This document shows, piece after piece, positions 38,597 to 51,740 of a stretch of DNA of 64,000 nucleotides. Source of the stretch: Octopus vulgaris. Taxonomy: Eukaryota. The DNA lies in the NCBI GenBank assembly GCA_951406725.2, contig OX597830.1, positions 57,536,001-57,600,000 of the forward strand, written 5' to 3'. Position numbers and translations under genes: made by a program. The notes beneath the pieces were generated by a model. That model was not told where the DNA came from and ran no database searches. It worked only from the letters and a program-made list of their open reading frames with translations. The stretch's first letter is position 1, and each line of letters opens with the position of its first letter.

Positions 38597-38683
38597 CTCC
38601 TATTTGTGATGAGTTATTGATAGGCGTAGGAGATGTATGACCAGACATTGAGGACGTCCTCCCCTGTTCTTTAACAATGGGAT
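38597..38683 (-). CDS. CSNK2A1: Casein kinase II alpha, coding exon (87 nt)
   Basis: Acceptor tttcacag|, peptide (Y)PIVKEQGRTSSMSGHTSPTPINNSSQIG(G), donor |gtaact. Confidence 0.88.
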
Positions 38684-39499
38684 CTGTGAAAAGAAGTTTG
38701 TTGAAAATTAAAAGAGAAACAGCACATTTAAAAAACAATTCATTAGTTGGTTTCTCATTCACAGAGACCTAAAAATACACCGTGATACAAACGATGTGAG
38801 GTAGAGGGACTTTTGGAAGCAAGCTTGCTGTCACTAGATCTCAATGTACTCAAACCACTTCAATATAGATGTCTTGTCTCCACAGCATTTCATTGATATA
38901 CAACCAATTAAATGAAGGGATTCAAATACAACTTGTGAGGATGTAAAACAGCCAATAAAAGTTTTATTAACACCCAGAATCAAATAACATATGAACTATT
39001 TATGACAAACTGTTCCTCGTAGCTCAATGTTCACATTGGAAATAACTGATAAGTACCAGCAAAAATCAGTTATTATTTGATATGGTGGAGGTTGTCATTT
39101 TAAAAAACTTACATAGTTCCCCCCCCCATGCATATATGAACTGAACAAGTCTTCTACAGCACAGCAACTCACTACATGTAGCAATTGCTTATCACCATTC
39201 AGTTGTTCATGCTGGCATGGGTTGGACAGTTTCACCAGAGCTGGCAAGCTGGGGGCTGGGGAGCCGCACCCAGGCTCCAGTTGTCTGACTCCACAAGATT
39301 TCTATGGCTAGATGCTCTTCCTAATACCAACCACTTGTTTTGTTTGTTTGTTTTCCAGCACAGGCCTCTTGTAGACCAATCCTCTTCACCAGGAGGATTG
39401 ATCTTCACACTTCTATTGTGGAGTACGGGTCTTCTTGGAGTATCTCCTCCCTAAGTTTAAGTATCCCGACACCAGCCCTACCCACTTCTTTCACTATCT

Positions 39500-41117
39500 T
39501 CCTCTTCTGCAAAATCAGTCAACTCCTGTTGCCAAACATTTCTTTACCCAACTCTCCCTACTCGAGCAGTCCTCTCTCTCTCTCTCTCTTCTCTCTTTAC
39601 TCACAACAGTCAATTCCTCCTTACCTAATCTTTTCTCTTACTCATTTTGCTTTGTCAATCTCTCTCTCACACACACACATACACACATTACCATACACAT
39701 CCAGTGGTACATATTCACTTCATTTCTTTCTAAATTTTAAGCATCATCTGCACTCACTGCTCATGTTTCACTATCATGCAATACAGTATTCCATAGACAA
39801 ACCTCATGCAATCTGCACTTTGCTTGCAAAGATCTTTCTCCACCTCATTCTTACTCTGGTTAGTATGCTTTAAAAACACCTACCTCCATAGCAGATTAGG
39901 TCACTTAGCTAATGGAAGCAGTTGATTACTTCAGGGAATCTTCTGGACAGTTGAAGAATTCATTGCATGGATGCTGTTAATGCTAATATCTATGCATTTG
40001 CTACTTCTGTCAGATGTCTATGATCCCACTGCATCTCTAGCACAGACACACATACTTGGTTTACATTCAAAGTTTCATTCTAAAACCTCTTGATTCTAGG
40101 CATTGCTTATATGTTTGGACCTCTTACTTTAATTCTCTGACTGCTTCCACTATGACAACTGCTGAGACCCGAGAGGACGAAGAACCAAGCCCTAAGGGAC
40201 ACTTACCCACATGGTAAACCCATTACCAAATTTATTGCCAACAGCAATCCCTGAACATGATTTTCACAAATCATTCATCTACATTCAATTTTCTTAGCAA
40301 CCATAAGACTACAGAGCATGGAACCTTGTGAAAGGACTTCTCCAGGTCAGCAAATGCCACATACAGTAGTTTATTCTAAACTAGGAACTTCTCCTGTAGT
40401 GGTTTCACTAAGGCAGCAGCACTAGCAAGGCTTCACCCTGGAACAAACCTGAAATGCATCTTGCCTAAGATCTTCCTAATCCACTTTCAGTAACTTATTC
40501 AACTTGATGACTCTCCACTCTCCAGTTGCATCTTTCTAGAGAATCTTCTTTACCTTTGTAATAATCGACAAAGGCATTATTACTATGCTAGTTACAATGG
40601 ACGACACTTCCTACTACCTGACTGAAACGAGCAGGTCTTTCAACCAGTACTTTTGGTATCACAGCAACTATTCCTGTTCGTCTAATTGTTTTCCCTGCCC
40701 CCATAGTCTTTTGACTCTCCCCAACAGTATAGCTGTCAGCTTAGTTGAGTCCTGAGCTGTGTCTATTTGAATTAGTCTTGTCTCTTACACATTCCCCTCA
40801 TTCAGTAAGCTTTTGTGATCCCATTCCACACCTCTCACATCTCTGCATCAAAATAAGACAAATGTCCCACCATCATTGCATGCTACATTTGCTGTCTAGA
40901 TTGACTGCTCAGCAAGCCAGAAAACACCACATCTTTGATCCTTGTCTTGCACAACATAGGCAAATGTCTTATTTTCACATTATTTTCATTTAATATATAT
41001 TTGTCCCTATCTTGTTTGTTGTTAACACAACATTTTGGCTGATACACTCTCCAGCCTTCATCAGGTGCCTTGGGGAAATTTCGAACCTAGGTTCTCATTC
41101 CTAAAGTATTTTTTTGA

Positions 41118-41148
<31 letters not shown>

Positions 41149-41420
41149 GTCACTGCCTGGAATTGAACTCGGAATCTTGGGGTTAGTAACCAGCACTCTT
41201 AACCACTACACCATATGCCCAGAGGGTATATCAGCCAAAACACTGTTAACAACAAACAAGATGAGGACAAATATCCGTCTAATGTAAATAATATACAGAA
41301 TTCTTCATAGAACTGCCTTATTTTCAGTTTCTCAACTTTGTAAGTACACTTGACAGCAAGCTTCTCTTCTAGCGATCTGACATTGTTCTTCACACATCTT
41401 TCTTCCATACCCTCAATTCC
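39500..41420 (-). mobile_element. Old, degenerate RTE LINE copy interrupted by a SINE
   Basis: Scattered homology to the 60368-62377 element, for example AFADLEKSF (about 40325-40358) and a CKGK motif near 40550. Confidence 0.6.
40997..41315. mobile_element. tRNA/hammerhead SINE in inverted configuration
   Basis: The minus copy runs to its exact 5' end (GGGCATATGG at 41220) and has GGCAC-CTGATGA-AGGCTG..CAGCC-AAAA. It is immediately followed by a plus-strand duplicate of the 3' part (41221-41315). Confidence 0.85.
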
Positions 41421-41718
41421 AGTGTCTTTGATTTAAGGTTCTGTCTATGGTCCCATTCTAAGCAACTGTGCTTTGCAACAGACATCTCAGAAACTCAGAC
41501 ATATTCTTTACGGATCTTTTTCCTTATAATATACATCACTCAATGTTTCTTTTAAGTTACATACGACCAAGGAATCTTTCAGTTTCTACAATTTCAGTCT
41601 TGCATCTGCTTCAAATGTCTCTTTAACAACAAAGCCAATAATTCATCTTCTAATTGCAGCTTTGGTGTCATTAATCAATTGCAAATGTTGAGTGTTATAG
41701 CAAAACTAAATACATTTA

Positions 41719-41997
<279 letters not shown>

Positions 41998-44900
41998 CTA
42001 TCAGAGAGTTGAATTGTATAAAAATAATGAAAATACATCTAAAAAGTATTCTTATGTAAAAAAAAAAATCTACCCAACTTCAAAATTTTATCAAAGCAAA
42101 ATTCTTCAAAATAAGGTTTTGGAACCTCAAACCTTATCATGGACCTAGTAATATTTGACTGGCAAGAAAACCAGTCAACGACTAAAATCTAATTACGCCA
42201 GGTGCTCGTTTTTTAATAGACTGAATTTGACCAACCATATAGATGATCTACAGTTGCAGAGTTAGAACACAAACGATTATAGCTCCCCATCCCAATACAG
42301 ACACTGGAGGATCAAATATCTGAAGAGAAAAAAAACTCATTAAAAACAAAGTAACACTCTCTGTTTACTTTCAAACAGTTACTGCCAATATCACCTTCAT
42401 TAATTCATTATTAAAGACATGCCTAGATTGATTTATAGCAAACATTTTTTTATTTAACTGTCATCATTTTTCAGTGAACAAATTACTCTCAAAAATATAC
42501 TCAAAGTTTACATGTCCCAAACATTCCATCCTATAACTAAACTAAATCGACAGCATCAATCTCCCAGCAACAATTCCACTTTTCTTGGAAAGATGTTAAA
42601 ATTATGGAATAATAATGGTCTGGAAATAAAATAATTTTACAAAAATAAAAAGTTTAAGTGTAATGTATGATAAAGAATTAAATATTCAAATTATTGAAGC
42701 TACAGTTGATTTACTTAAGACATCTTGGTTTACTCAAAACTAAACATTATGATCCATTTAAGGCAACTTGTTAATAACATTGAAATTAAAAAATCTGGTG
42801 CAAAGATACAAAATAACTACCAGTTTTTTCCCCCCACCCCACCCCAAACAAAAACCACAAAGCAAAGAAAGCTACAAATGAAGAGTGGAAAACTTTCAAG
42901 CAACACAGTGTGTGTGTGTGTAAGGTCCCTTATTAAAACTTGTTTCCCATGATATGCCAATCAATACAGGTGTAAATTTTTGGAACAAAATGTGATTTTT
43001 CCATTTCTTCCTTTTATTTACTTTTATTTATTTTTTTTTTCAAATTTCATTTTCCATGTTTTCAGGTAAAACTTTGTTTTGATCTGTCCAATCTCAAATC
43101 ATCTTCAGGGTGTGCCCCGCCCCACCCACTCTTCAATAAATACATTTCCTTTAGAAAGTACTTAAAGGGTGATTGGAGATTGAACGGATGAAAACTAAAG
43201 ATTAGGTCAATATTTAAGAAAATTTCCATTATGTCAATTTAGTACTGATAATTAGGTATAGTAATTACATAGCTAACATTGTTTTTAAAGCATTTAAAAA
43301 TTGAAATTTAAGGAAGGGGGGGGGACTAACAGGCATCCACAGGGCCATCCCATGATGTAAGCAGCTAATTTTTATTCGGCCCAAGCAGGATTACAAAGGC
43401 TGCAGTATGAAGAGATGTGGGAAACACACCTTTTAGTAACAAGGTTTGAAGCTTTTCTTAGACAATAGCTTTAATTTCAAATATGATCATCAAAAACCGG
43501 TTGAATGAATGCTGAGCTGGTTATGAAAAAGAGGATTGCTACTCTTAAGTAAAATGAGAATTACAAAAACCAAACAAAATTCTGAAACCAAAATTCAATG
43601 TAATGATAGCAAGAAATAGATAATTACAGATACCCGGATAAATGAAAAATAAAATCCATTATATAATAACCTTACTTGGAAAAAGTGGGAGTTATTTTAT
43701 ATATATATAAAAAAAAATAATAATAATTAAAAGAAAACTGCATGCCAGTACAGTTCAGCTCTATATTGTAGAAGAGAAAATACCAGTCACCGTAAACTTC
43801 CCAACAAAATATACAAAATATGTCAAATTTCATATTTGCTATAATAATCTGGAGAGTACAATATTTTCTCTAATGATGATCACAATTATGCAAAGACACT
43901 TTTCACAAGAACAAGAGAGTGAAGCTAATTATTGCCAGTAAACGGGTTTGAATGCTCAAATTAACTCAGTAATCTACAAGACTAATTTCCATGTCTCAGC
44001 TAACAATTAGAAGAGAAAAGGAGATTTTGATCCAAACTAGATTTGCTTTACAACCAAATAAGTTTCAAAGATGAAAAATATCAAAATGAACAAATCAGTA
44101 AACTTATAAACAATAAGACCAACCAAGGAAACATTCTCTTAAAGTCTAAATATATAACATATACAAGTTAGATAGGTTTACTCAGCCATATCTACAACAT
44201 TCAAAACGTACATTGTAACTGACTAGCTTTCTAAAATATTTGATCTAATTGCAACAGAACATTTTACTAATCCAATTATATCTAGAAATAGCTAACAGTG
44301 TTATCAAGAATTTAGCCACTTCAAAAGCTCGAAATTAATGAAGGGGATACAATCAGGTTTTTTCTTGAAGCTTTACAATTCCATAAAGCACTCAACTTCA
44401 CAAGCAACAAAAAGAGAAAACAACAACATTAAAACCATCTGTGCTTATAAACAGCCGTGTTCAAATTCCATTGAGGTATATTCCATACACTATTTTCACC
44501 TTATGAGAAAGTAATAAAAGTAATTGCTCAAATTGGTCACCAAAGATAATCAAGTTTCTTAAAACAACTGTATTAAAAGAGAGACAAATGTTAAAGAAGT
44601 CTTTCTTGTGGAATGTCACAAGCACACAGTTTGATTAGCTATCATATTACAAGTAATAAAATCCATTCAGACTAAGAAATTATGTGGCTCATATTTAGCT
44701 AAATCAATTGAAAAATTGGATCATGATATAGCTTTTCATTTTCTTTAACAGGTTGGTAGAAAGTCAACATAAGAAATGAAGAAATAAAAACTGCATATAA
44801 AGCCATGCAACTGCATCATAGCAATATATCCTTAGGGCAAAAATGATGAGGAAACAGGAGTAAATCAAGGACCAAATAAGAATCTGTGCAAAATGTTGAC

Positions 44901-47050
44901 AGCTGTTAGATGGAATTTGTACAAGAGATTACAATTAAAAGCAAGAAAAATTAATTGACTACAAACATTCAAGAACACTGAAGCATTGACATTAACAAAG
45001 ATATTTTTAAATATGCAGGTCTTGAAAAGAAAGGGCCAAGTGCAGATGTGAAAAGTATTAAAGATTAACAAAAATGAATAAATAAATAAAATTTATGGAA
45101 TCATTTCTTTAACATTCCTAATTCAAAAACAATTTTTGTTCCAGCAAGGAATGAATAAAAAATTTCATGCTGGACACTACCAATTAAAGATTTAAAGTGA
45201 TTTTTAATGTCTGTTAGTTCTTATTCTTGCTAAATAGCAGAAAGATATCTCAATGGAAATTTCTAAACCTTTGAGAAAACATTATCACTATTGAGCTACA
45301 AAAACTTATAAGTTCTAACCTAAAATGCTTTTGAAACAAAAACTGGATAAATTATCCAACTAGACAAAATGATGGGCTTCTCTTTCTCTCTCATTTTTTA
45401 TAAAAAATATCTGCACAAAAACAAACAACTGTTAAGTGAAATCACAAAATTGCTTGTATTCCACTCTGTAGAATATGTAGGGTGTTAGATTTATAAAGCT
45501 AATGGCGACAAAATGCAAATTACTAAAATGATTTTCCACGATTACACTAATTTTAACCAATGACATCTTCAGCAGAAATGACAGACTGTTTTCAAGGATT
45601 GAGAGTTTTGTGCCAATACACAAGTGTCTTGGCCCCTGAGTCACACGAAATTTTGCTGATTATTAATAAACACACACTAAATATTTTATGAAACCTTGTC
45701 AGCAATAATTCATTATGAACTAGACATTTTGCTTGATGCACTTATATCAGTGATATAGTAAAAAAAAAACTTCACAACAACCCCATCAAATTTATTTTTC
45801 TAAAAGTTATGGAGGGAGAGAGAGAGATGGAAGGAGGGCATATTATTCCACAAAGAGAATGACTTCAAAACTGAAATTAATTGTCTGACTATTCCAAGTC
45901 TATAAAACTAAATTACTAAATGGGAGGGGAGAGACAATGAGAATACTTAGCATAATTTCTATGTTTTGTATTAAAAAATAAAATGGATACAACTCAATAG
46001 AAAAGACAAGTGTTAGGCCCACTTGTCCATTCACACAATTTCAAAATTGGAATCTAGATACAACTAGATCAAGGCACAACTGATTAAGACAGTAAATAAC
46101 AGTCCCCTCATTTCCATTTGCAAACTGATTTTGATTTCCATTTGCAAACTAAATTCCTTTTACCCTTAACACTTCTGGGAAAAGTAATAACATCTTCCTT
46201 CATGTTTATAGGAAACAACTGAAAAGCCCATGATAACCGTGGATGAAGCACCGAGCTATTGGTCTCAGTCATTAGTTGAAATCGACCCCACCCCACCCCA
46301 CGTGTGTACGGGGTGGGGGGGAACAAGAAATTTGCTTCCCAATCACATGGTTCCACATTCAGCCCAACTGAGTGTCATCTTGGGCAAGTGCCCTGTCTTA
46401 TAACCCTGGGCCAACCTTGTAGGTGGATTTGATAAACAGAATGTGTGTGTCTCTGTCTGTGTGTGTGTTTGTAACTGTTTCCTTGCCTTGACCCTGCATG
46501 ATAGTTGCAATCAAGTGCCACCATCCTGCAAGTGGTATCCATCTTTAATCTTTCACAAAGACATGTCTGGCCTGGGAGGGGGTGGGGGTATTACCTTACT
46601 TGGAAACAGACGAAGGTCAGCAACAGGTAGGTATCCAGCCATAGAAAATTGACTCCAATGAATTACATTCAACGTGGGAGGAAGAGCAACCGAGGGTTTT
46701 TTGTTTTTGCAAAATCAGCCAATTTTCTCACAAATATGGAAAAATGAAATTCAAATACCAAAAGCTTAAGTGTAAATACGCTCTCTTTATATGAAGTACA
46801 TTTTAAGCAGAACAACCAGCAGGTGGTTTGATTGTAAACCACAAGAGGGTACCATCATTTACAAGCAAAATCAATGGAGCTTCAAAATGTAAATCTGGAT
46901 ATATAAGTCATTATAAAAAAGGAAACTTAGGAATATTTGAGAAATTGAATGAATTAGTGAGACGAAGGCAAGTTAACCAAACCAGGAAATGTAACTATGA
47001 GAAAATACTTGTAAATAAATAATCACAACACAATCCAAGATTTTATTTTA

Positions 47051-48294
47051 TCAGGTCATTAAGAACGAAATGTCAGATTTTCTTAAGCCCCAAGTTTGAC
47101 AGTAATTGATCTTTTATTGACAATTCTTTGTTTTACAACATTAAAGAGCTACATCATCATTTTTTGAAATGCAATTCATGGTGAGTTTTCTCTTGTAAAT
47201 CAATTTTTGCGAACCTATGGATAGATAAAAAATTTGTGTTGTTTATGAATATGAGTTCCGTTGTGGGACCAAACTTCAATGAGGTGTTGGGTGAAGATGT
47301 TGCGAATGAGCGCACTGTATGTCGATGGTTCAAGAAGTTCCAGTCTGGTGACTTTATTCTTAAAAATCAGCCCCGTGGTAGCCCAGAGACGAAGGTGGAT
47401 AATGATGAGGTGGAAACTGTAGTGGAAGCGGATACATCTAAAACTATGCAGAGTTACTATGCAAGGTTTGATGTTTTGATTCCAACTGTGTTGGACCATC
47501 TGAAATAAACCGGCAGAGTAAAGAAGCTGGACAAGTAGGTACCACACAAACTGAATGAGTCTCAAATGACATGTTATCTTGAAACTTGCTGTTCTTTGCC
47601 GTCATGGCATAAAAGCAAACCATTTTTGCATTGTAATGTTATACATGATGAAAAATGGATTCCTTTCAACAATAGCAAGTGTTGTGCACAGCAGCTGGAT
47701 AAAGACGAAGTGCCAAAACACAATCCAAAAAGAATATTCACCCAAAAAACAAAAAAGCTAACGGTGTCTGTTTGGTGGTCCAGTGCTGGTGTCGTCCACT
47801 ACAGCTTCATGAGACCTGGTAAGTCAATTACAGTGGATGTATACATCAACCAGTTGGATGAAATGATGAGTGAACGCGCAATTAAACAACCAAGATTGGT
47901 CAATAGAGACAGGCCAATTCCCTTGCAAGACAATGCTTGACCACAAGTTGCACAAACTATGCTACTCAAGTTACAGGAATTGAACTTGGAATGTCATCCA
48001 CCATATTCAGTAGACCTTGCACCAACTGACTCTCACATTTTCCAGGCATTAGACAACTTTTTGCAAAGGAAAAACTTCAAATCTGAAGATGATGCAAAAA
48101 CAGCCTTTTTGTGGTTTTCATTGTCTCTTACTGTCAAGAATTCTTCACTGCCAGCAGAAATATGCTACCAATAAAATGACAAAATTATGCTGATAATTTA
48201 GGGACATACTTTGATTAACTGCATTGATTTTTGTTGAGATAAAGTAAAATAAACTTTCAGTTCAAAATCAGACATTGCATTCTTAATGACTTGA
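47051..48294 (+). mobile_element. Full-length (1244 bp) defective mariner transposon
   Basis: 31-bp TIRs with 4 mismatches and TA on both sides. The transposase motifs VCRWFKKF, HDEKW, LQDNA and HPPYSVDLAPTD are broken by stops and frameshifts. Confidence 0.92.
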
Positions 48295-48618
48295 TACAAA
48301 AATTCTTTTGTTCCAGAATAATGTGAGAGAGAGAGAGAGAGCAACAATTATAAAAGTTGTAAATACTTAAAATTTTATTTCTACTTTAATTACTTAACCC
48401 ATTTCACTACCAATTGCCATAGAAACCAACCAGACTTCAACATTTTTACAAGATACTAAAAATCCTCAATCACTAAATTTATAACGGAAGAGAAGACATG
48501 TGAACACAAGAGACAAGAAGAATATTCATATCATGTTAGATTAGAAAATGTTTAATTTTCATTGCCATCTGTTTTTGTTTTGTTTTTAAAAAATAGGTAA
48601 TTAAAATTAATTAACTAT

Positions 48619-49769
48619 TTAGGTTGCCCCACATGAAGTGGTTACTCTTTAAAATTTGTTTTCATGAATGCATGTCTGCTAAATTTTAAAGCATCAACTC
48701 TTGCTATGCATTTTTCTATATTATTTGCTGACATCAATTTTAGAAAATCTTAAATTCATTGCTGATTATATGAGGGTTTCAAAATTTTTGCCTTGCTTTT
48801 GCAGATGCTATCTGTAAAAGAAGTCTGGTTTTTGATTTTGTATGAACTTAAAACTCAGTAAAAATGCATCTCAACAACATGAACAAAATGGTTCTATACA
48901 TTTCTTGAGTTGGAGACAAGCACTTGAATAACGAGCCCCATAGACTGCACCCACTGGTGGTCAATGATAATACAATGAAACAAGCTGTGAATGCTAATCC
49001 TAGGAATTACTGATTGAGCGCTTGCCAATAATTTAAAGGCTTCAAAACCATCTGTAGGATGTCATCTTGCAATGAGCAGTAAAGTGAAAAAACTGGACAA
49101 ATTTGTTCCACAGGAATTAAGCACTGCAAACAAGATTGTTTGACAATCTGTTCCTTTCTTCTTGTACAAAACAACAGGGAACCATTTTCAAAAAGAATAA
49201 TCACCTGTGATTAAAAATTTAAAACAAAATAAATCCTTAATGACAACAGTAAAAGCTCTATGCCATGGCTGGATCCTGAAGAGTTGCTTGGACATGTGTC
49301 AAAACTTTTTATATCACCAAAAGGTTATGGTCACTATTTGGTGATATCATTAAGGAAGCATCCATTATTTGTTTCCGCAATCCTACTAACTGCCAGCAAA
49401 CAGAGGAAATGTATTCCAAATTCACTAGTAAACATCTGGCACAATCAGACAAGGGACTTTTGCATGGCAAGGCCAGACACCCCACATCACAAACCAGACC
49501 AAAGCGAACTTACAGTAATATTGGATTATCCTTATATTTACCAGACTTATAGCCAATAGGCTTTCATTTATTTTGCTCCCTTGGGAAAAAGTATGCAAAC
49601 AATTAAGTAATGATAATATTTGAACAATTCATAGCTTCAAAAGACAATTTTTTTCAGAGAAGGAAATATAAAGTTTTCCAAGGTGACATTGAAGCAAATG
49701 AAACCTATTTTGATTAATAAATAATGATTATAAATATTTTACTTATTCCTTTCATGTGGGACAGCCTAA
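48619..49769 (+). mobile_element. Second, older mariner remnant
   Basis: TIRs ttaggttgccccacatgaa / ttcatgtgggacagcctaa. Internal KLDKFVPQEL (WVPHEL-like) and EPFSKRIITCD*K. Confidence 0.75.
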
Positions 49770-50816
49770 AACATGTAAATTATTAAAAGCTATTAAAGTA
49801 CCCAGCCAACAACTAATATCAAATAAAGAAAAAGAAGAAAAAAAAGTAGTGTGAATGGTGTGGAGCAGAATGCAGAGCTATGCCGAAACTTTAATAGATG
49901 AAACGGGGTTACTAAACTGAAATTTGTGTGTTTAATCAGGTAATTAAATTGATTTATTATTAGGTAGTGTCCCTATCTAAACATTCAAGACTCACTAAAA
50001 CAGAAATTTAGAGGAAATTTAGAATAGTTACAGTTCAAGGCTAATGTAGACTTGAACTTGAACACCTTGGCCTCTTTGCACAAGCCTAGAAATAAGAAAA
50101 AGAAACGAAAAAAAGTGGCAGCAATTATTTGAATCTAATTGCAATAATATGGAAGTGCTTAATTGGAGACTTAATATAATCAAGCAGGTATCAAATCCTC
50201 AATTTTGAAAATTAGTTTTCTTTTGATACGTTTTGTTTTTGGTTTTTTTTATTACATATTCTGAAATGTGAACCTCAGATTTCTTTTATTCAACCAAAGA
50301 ACTAAATTCATGGTAAACAAGAATTAGATTTTCTGGCAAACAAAACAGAAATTTTGATAGTTAAAAAAAATTGCATTTTTAATTGCCCATACCAGTACAA
50401 ATAAAATTTAATATCTGAACCATTTTCTGATCCCACATTCAAAACAAACATGAAAATATGGAACAAGACCTAAAGAGCAAAACAAATTTGAAAAGCAATG
50501 TAATACCTCTACAAGCTTATATTAAGGTGTATAAAACTGAAGCCCATATGGTACAGCTGAGCATTCTCTCTAGGGACAATTTATATAATGAAACAAATTC
50601 AAGAAAAGCAAATGTTAAGCAAGGTAATTTACCTAATTTACAAAAATAAAAATAGTAAAATAAAAGATCTAAATAGAGTGTCATAAAAATCTCTCAAAAT
50701 GTAAAACAAATTCCAGTCCCCCTCCAAATAAATAAAAACTGACATTCATATATTTCATATGAGATTCGAGGAGACAAGTGCAAAGTGCTAAAAGCTATGT
50801 AAGGCATTAAACTCAC

Positions 50817-50917
50817 CTTCCTAAAATATCATTGAACCTAGGATCCAAATCAATTTGATATTTGTTTATGTATCCATAAAGGTCATCTGTTCCTAAAACC
50901 TTGGCAATGCGAACCAG
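50817..50917 (-). CDS. CSNK2A1: Casein kinase II alpha, coding exon (101 nt)
   Basis: Acceptor tttttcag|, peptide [33 protein letters not shown](R), donor |gtgagt. Confidence 0.97.
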
Positions 50918-51070
50918 CTGAAAAAGGGTTTTTTTAAATATATCTACATCAATGCAAATTACAACAATTTCATAAGAAACAAAAGTAAACATCACAAATT
51001 TCAATCCAGAGGCTTATAATACAACCATTATAATCCAACACTCTTCCAAATTAATCCAGTTGAAACCAAT

Positions 51071-51293
51071 TTAAGCCTTTAGCACTCAGATTACTGTCAG
51101 AAGTAAGGCTTATTTGTTCACATTGTTTTAAATTAATCCTGCATTACACCATAACTTTAAGATTTCAATGATATTGTTTATTTTTAGAATGGCATTGTAG
51201 GGTAAGTGTGAGAAGTCAGGCCCAACTGATTTGAATACAAAACAGGAAGAATATTTGGGTTGGATATGGCCAATTTAAATGCTAAAGAGATAG
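51071..51293. mobile_element. TTAA-flanked MITE, family B
   Basis: Colinear with 11924-12149. Confidence 0.65.
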
Positions 51294-51450
51294 ATAAAAT
51301 TGGCTTTCTGAAAGTATCATCCACAATTAAATACAGATATGCAAAACAGGAGGGACGTTCTTCTTCAATAGTTCAAATCTTTATGACACCTAGATTCCAA
51401 AACTGACAGAGAACCCATTATACATTGGCTCAGCTCTATTTCAAAAGCTA

Positions 51451-51740
51451 TCATCATCATTGTTTAACATCCACTTTCCATGCTGGCATGGGTTGGATGA
51501 CTTGACATGGAGCTGTCCAGACTCCAGCTGTCTGTTGAGGCATGGTTTCTATGGCTGGATGCCTTTCCTAATGCCAACCACTTTACAGAATGTGCTGGGT
51601 ACTTTTTATGTGCCACTGGCATGAGTGCTCTTTAAGTGGCACCAGCACCTGAAAGGACAAGCTTGGAGGTGTGCAAGACAGAGATTTTACTTAGCTTGAC
51701 ATGTCTATATCAAGTACAGCAAATCACCACATCTCCTGGT
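51451..51740 (-). mobile_element. RTE 3'-terminal fragment
   Basis: tcatcatcattgtttaacatccactttccatgctggcatgggttgga...ggctggatgcctttcctaatgccaacc. Confidence 0.75.

Noticed and set aside
39340-39873. 177-aa plus-strand ORF
   Set aside because: It is a low-complexity antisense read-through of a decayed RTE and CT/CA repeats.
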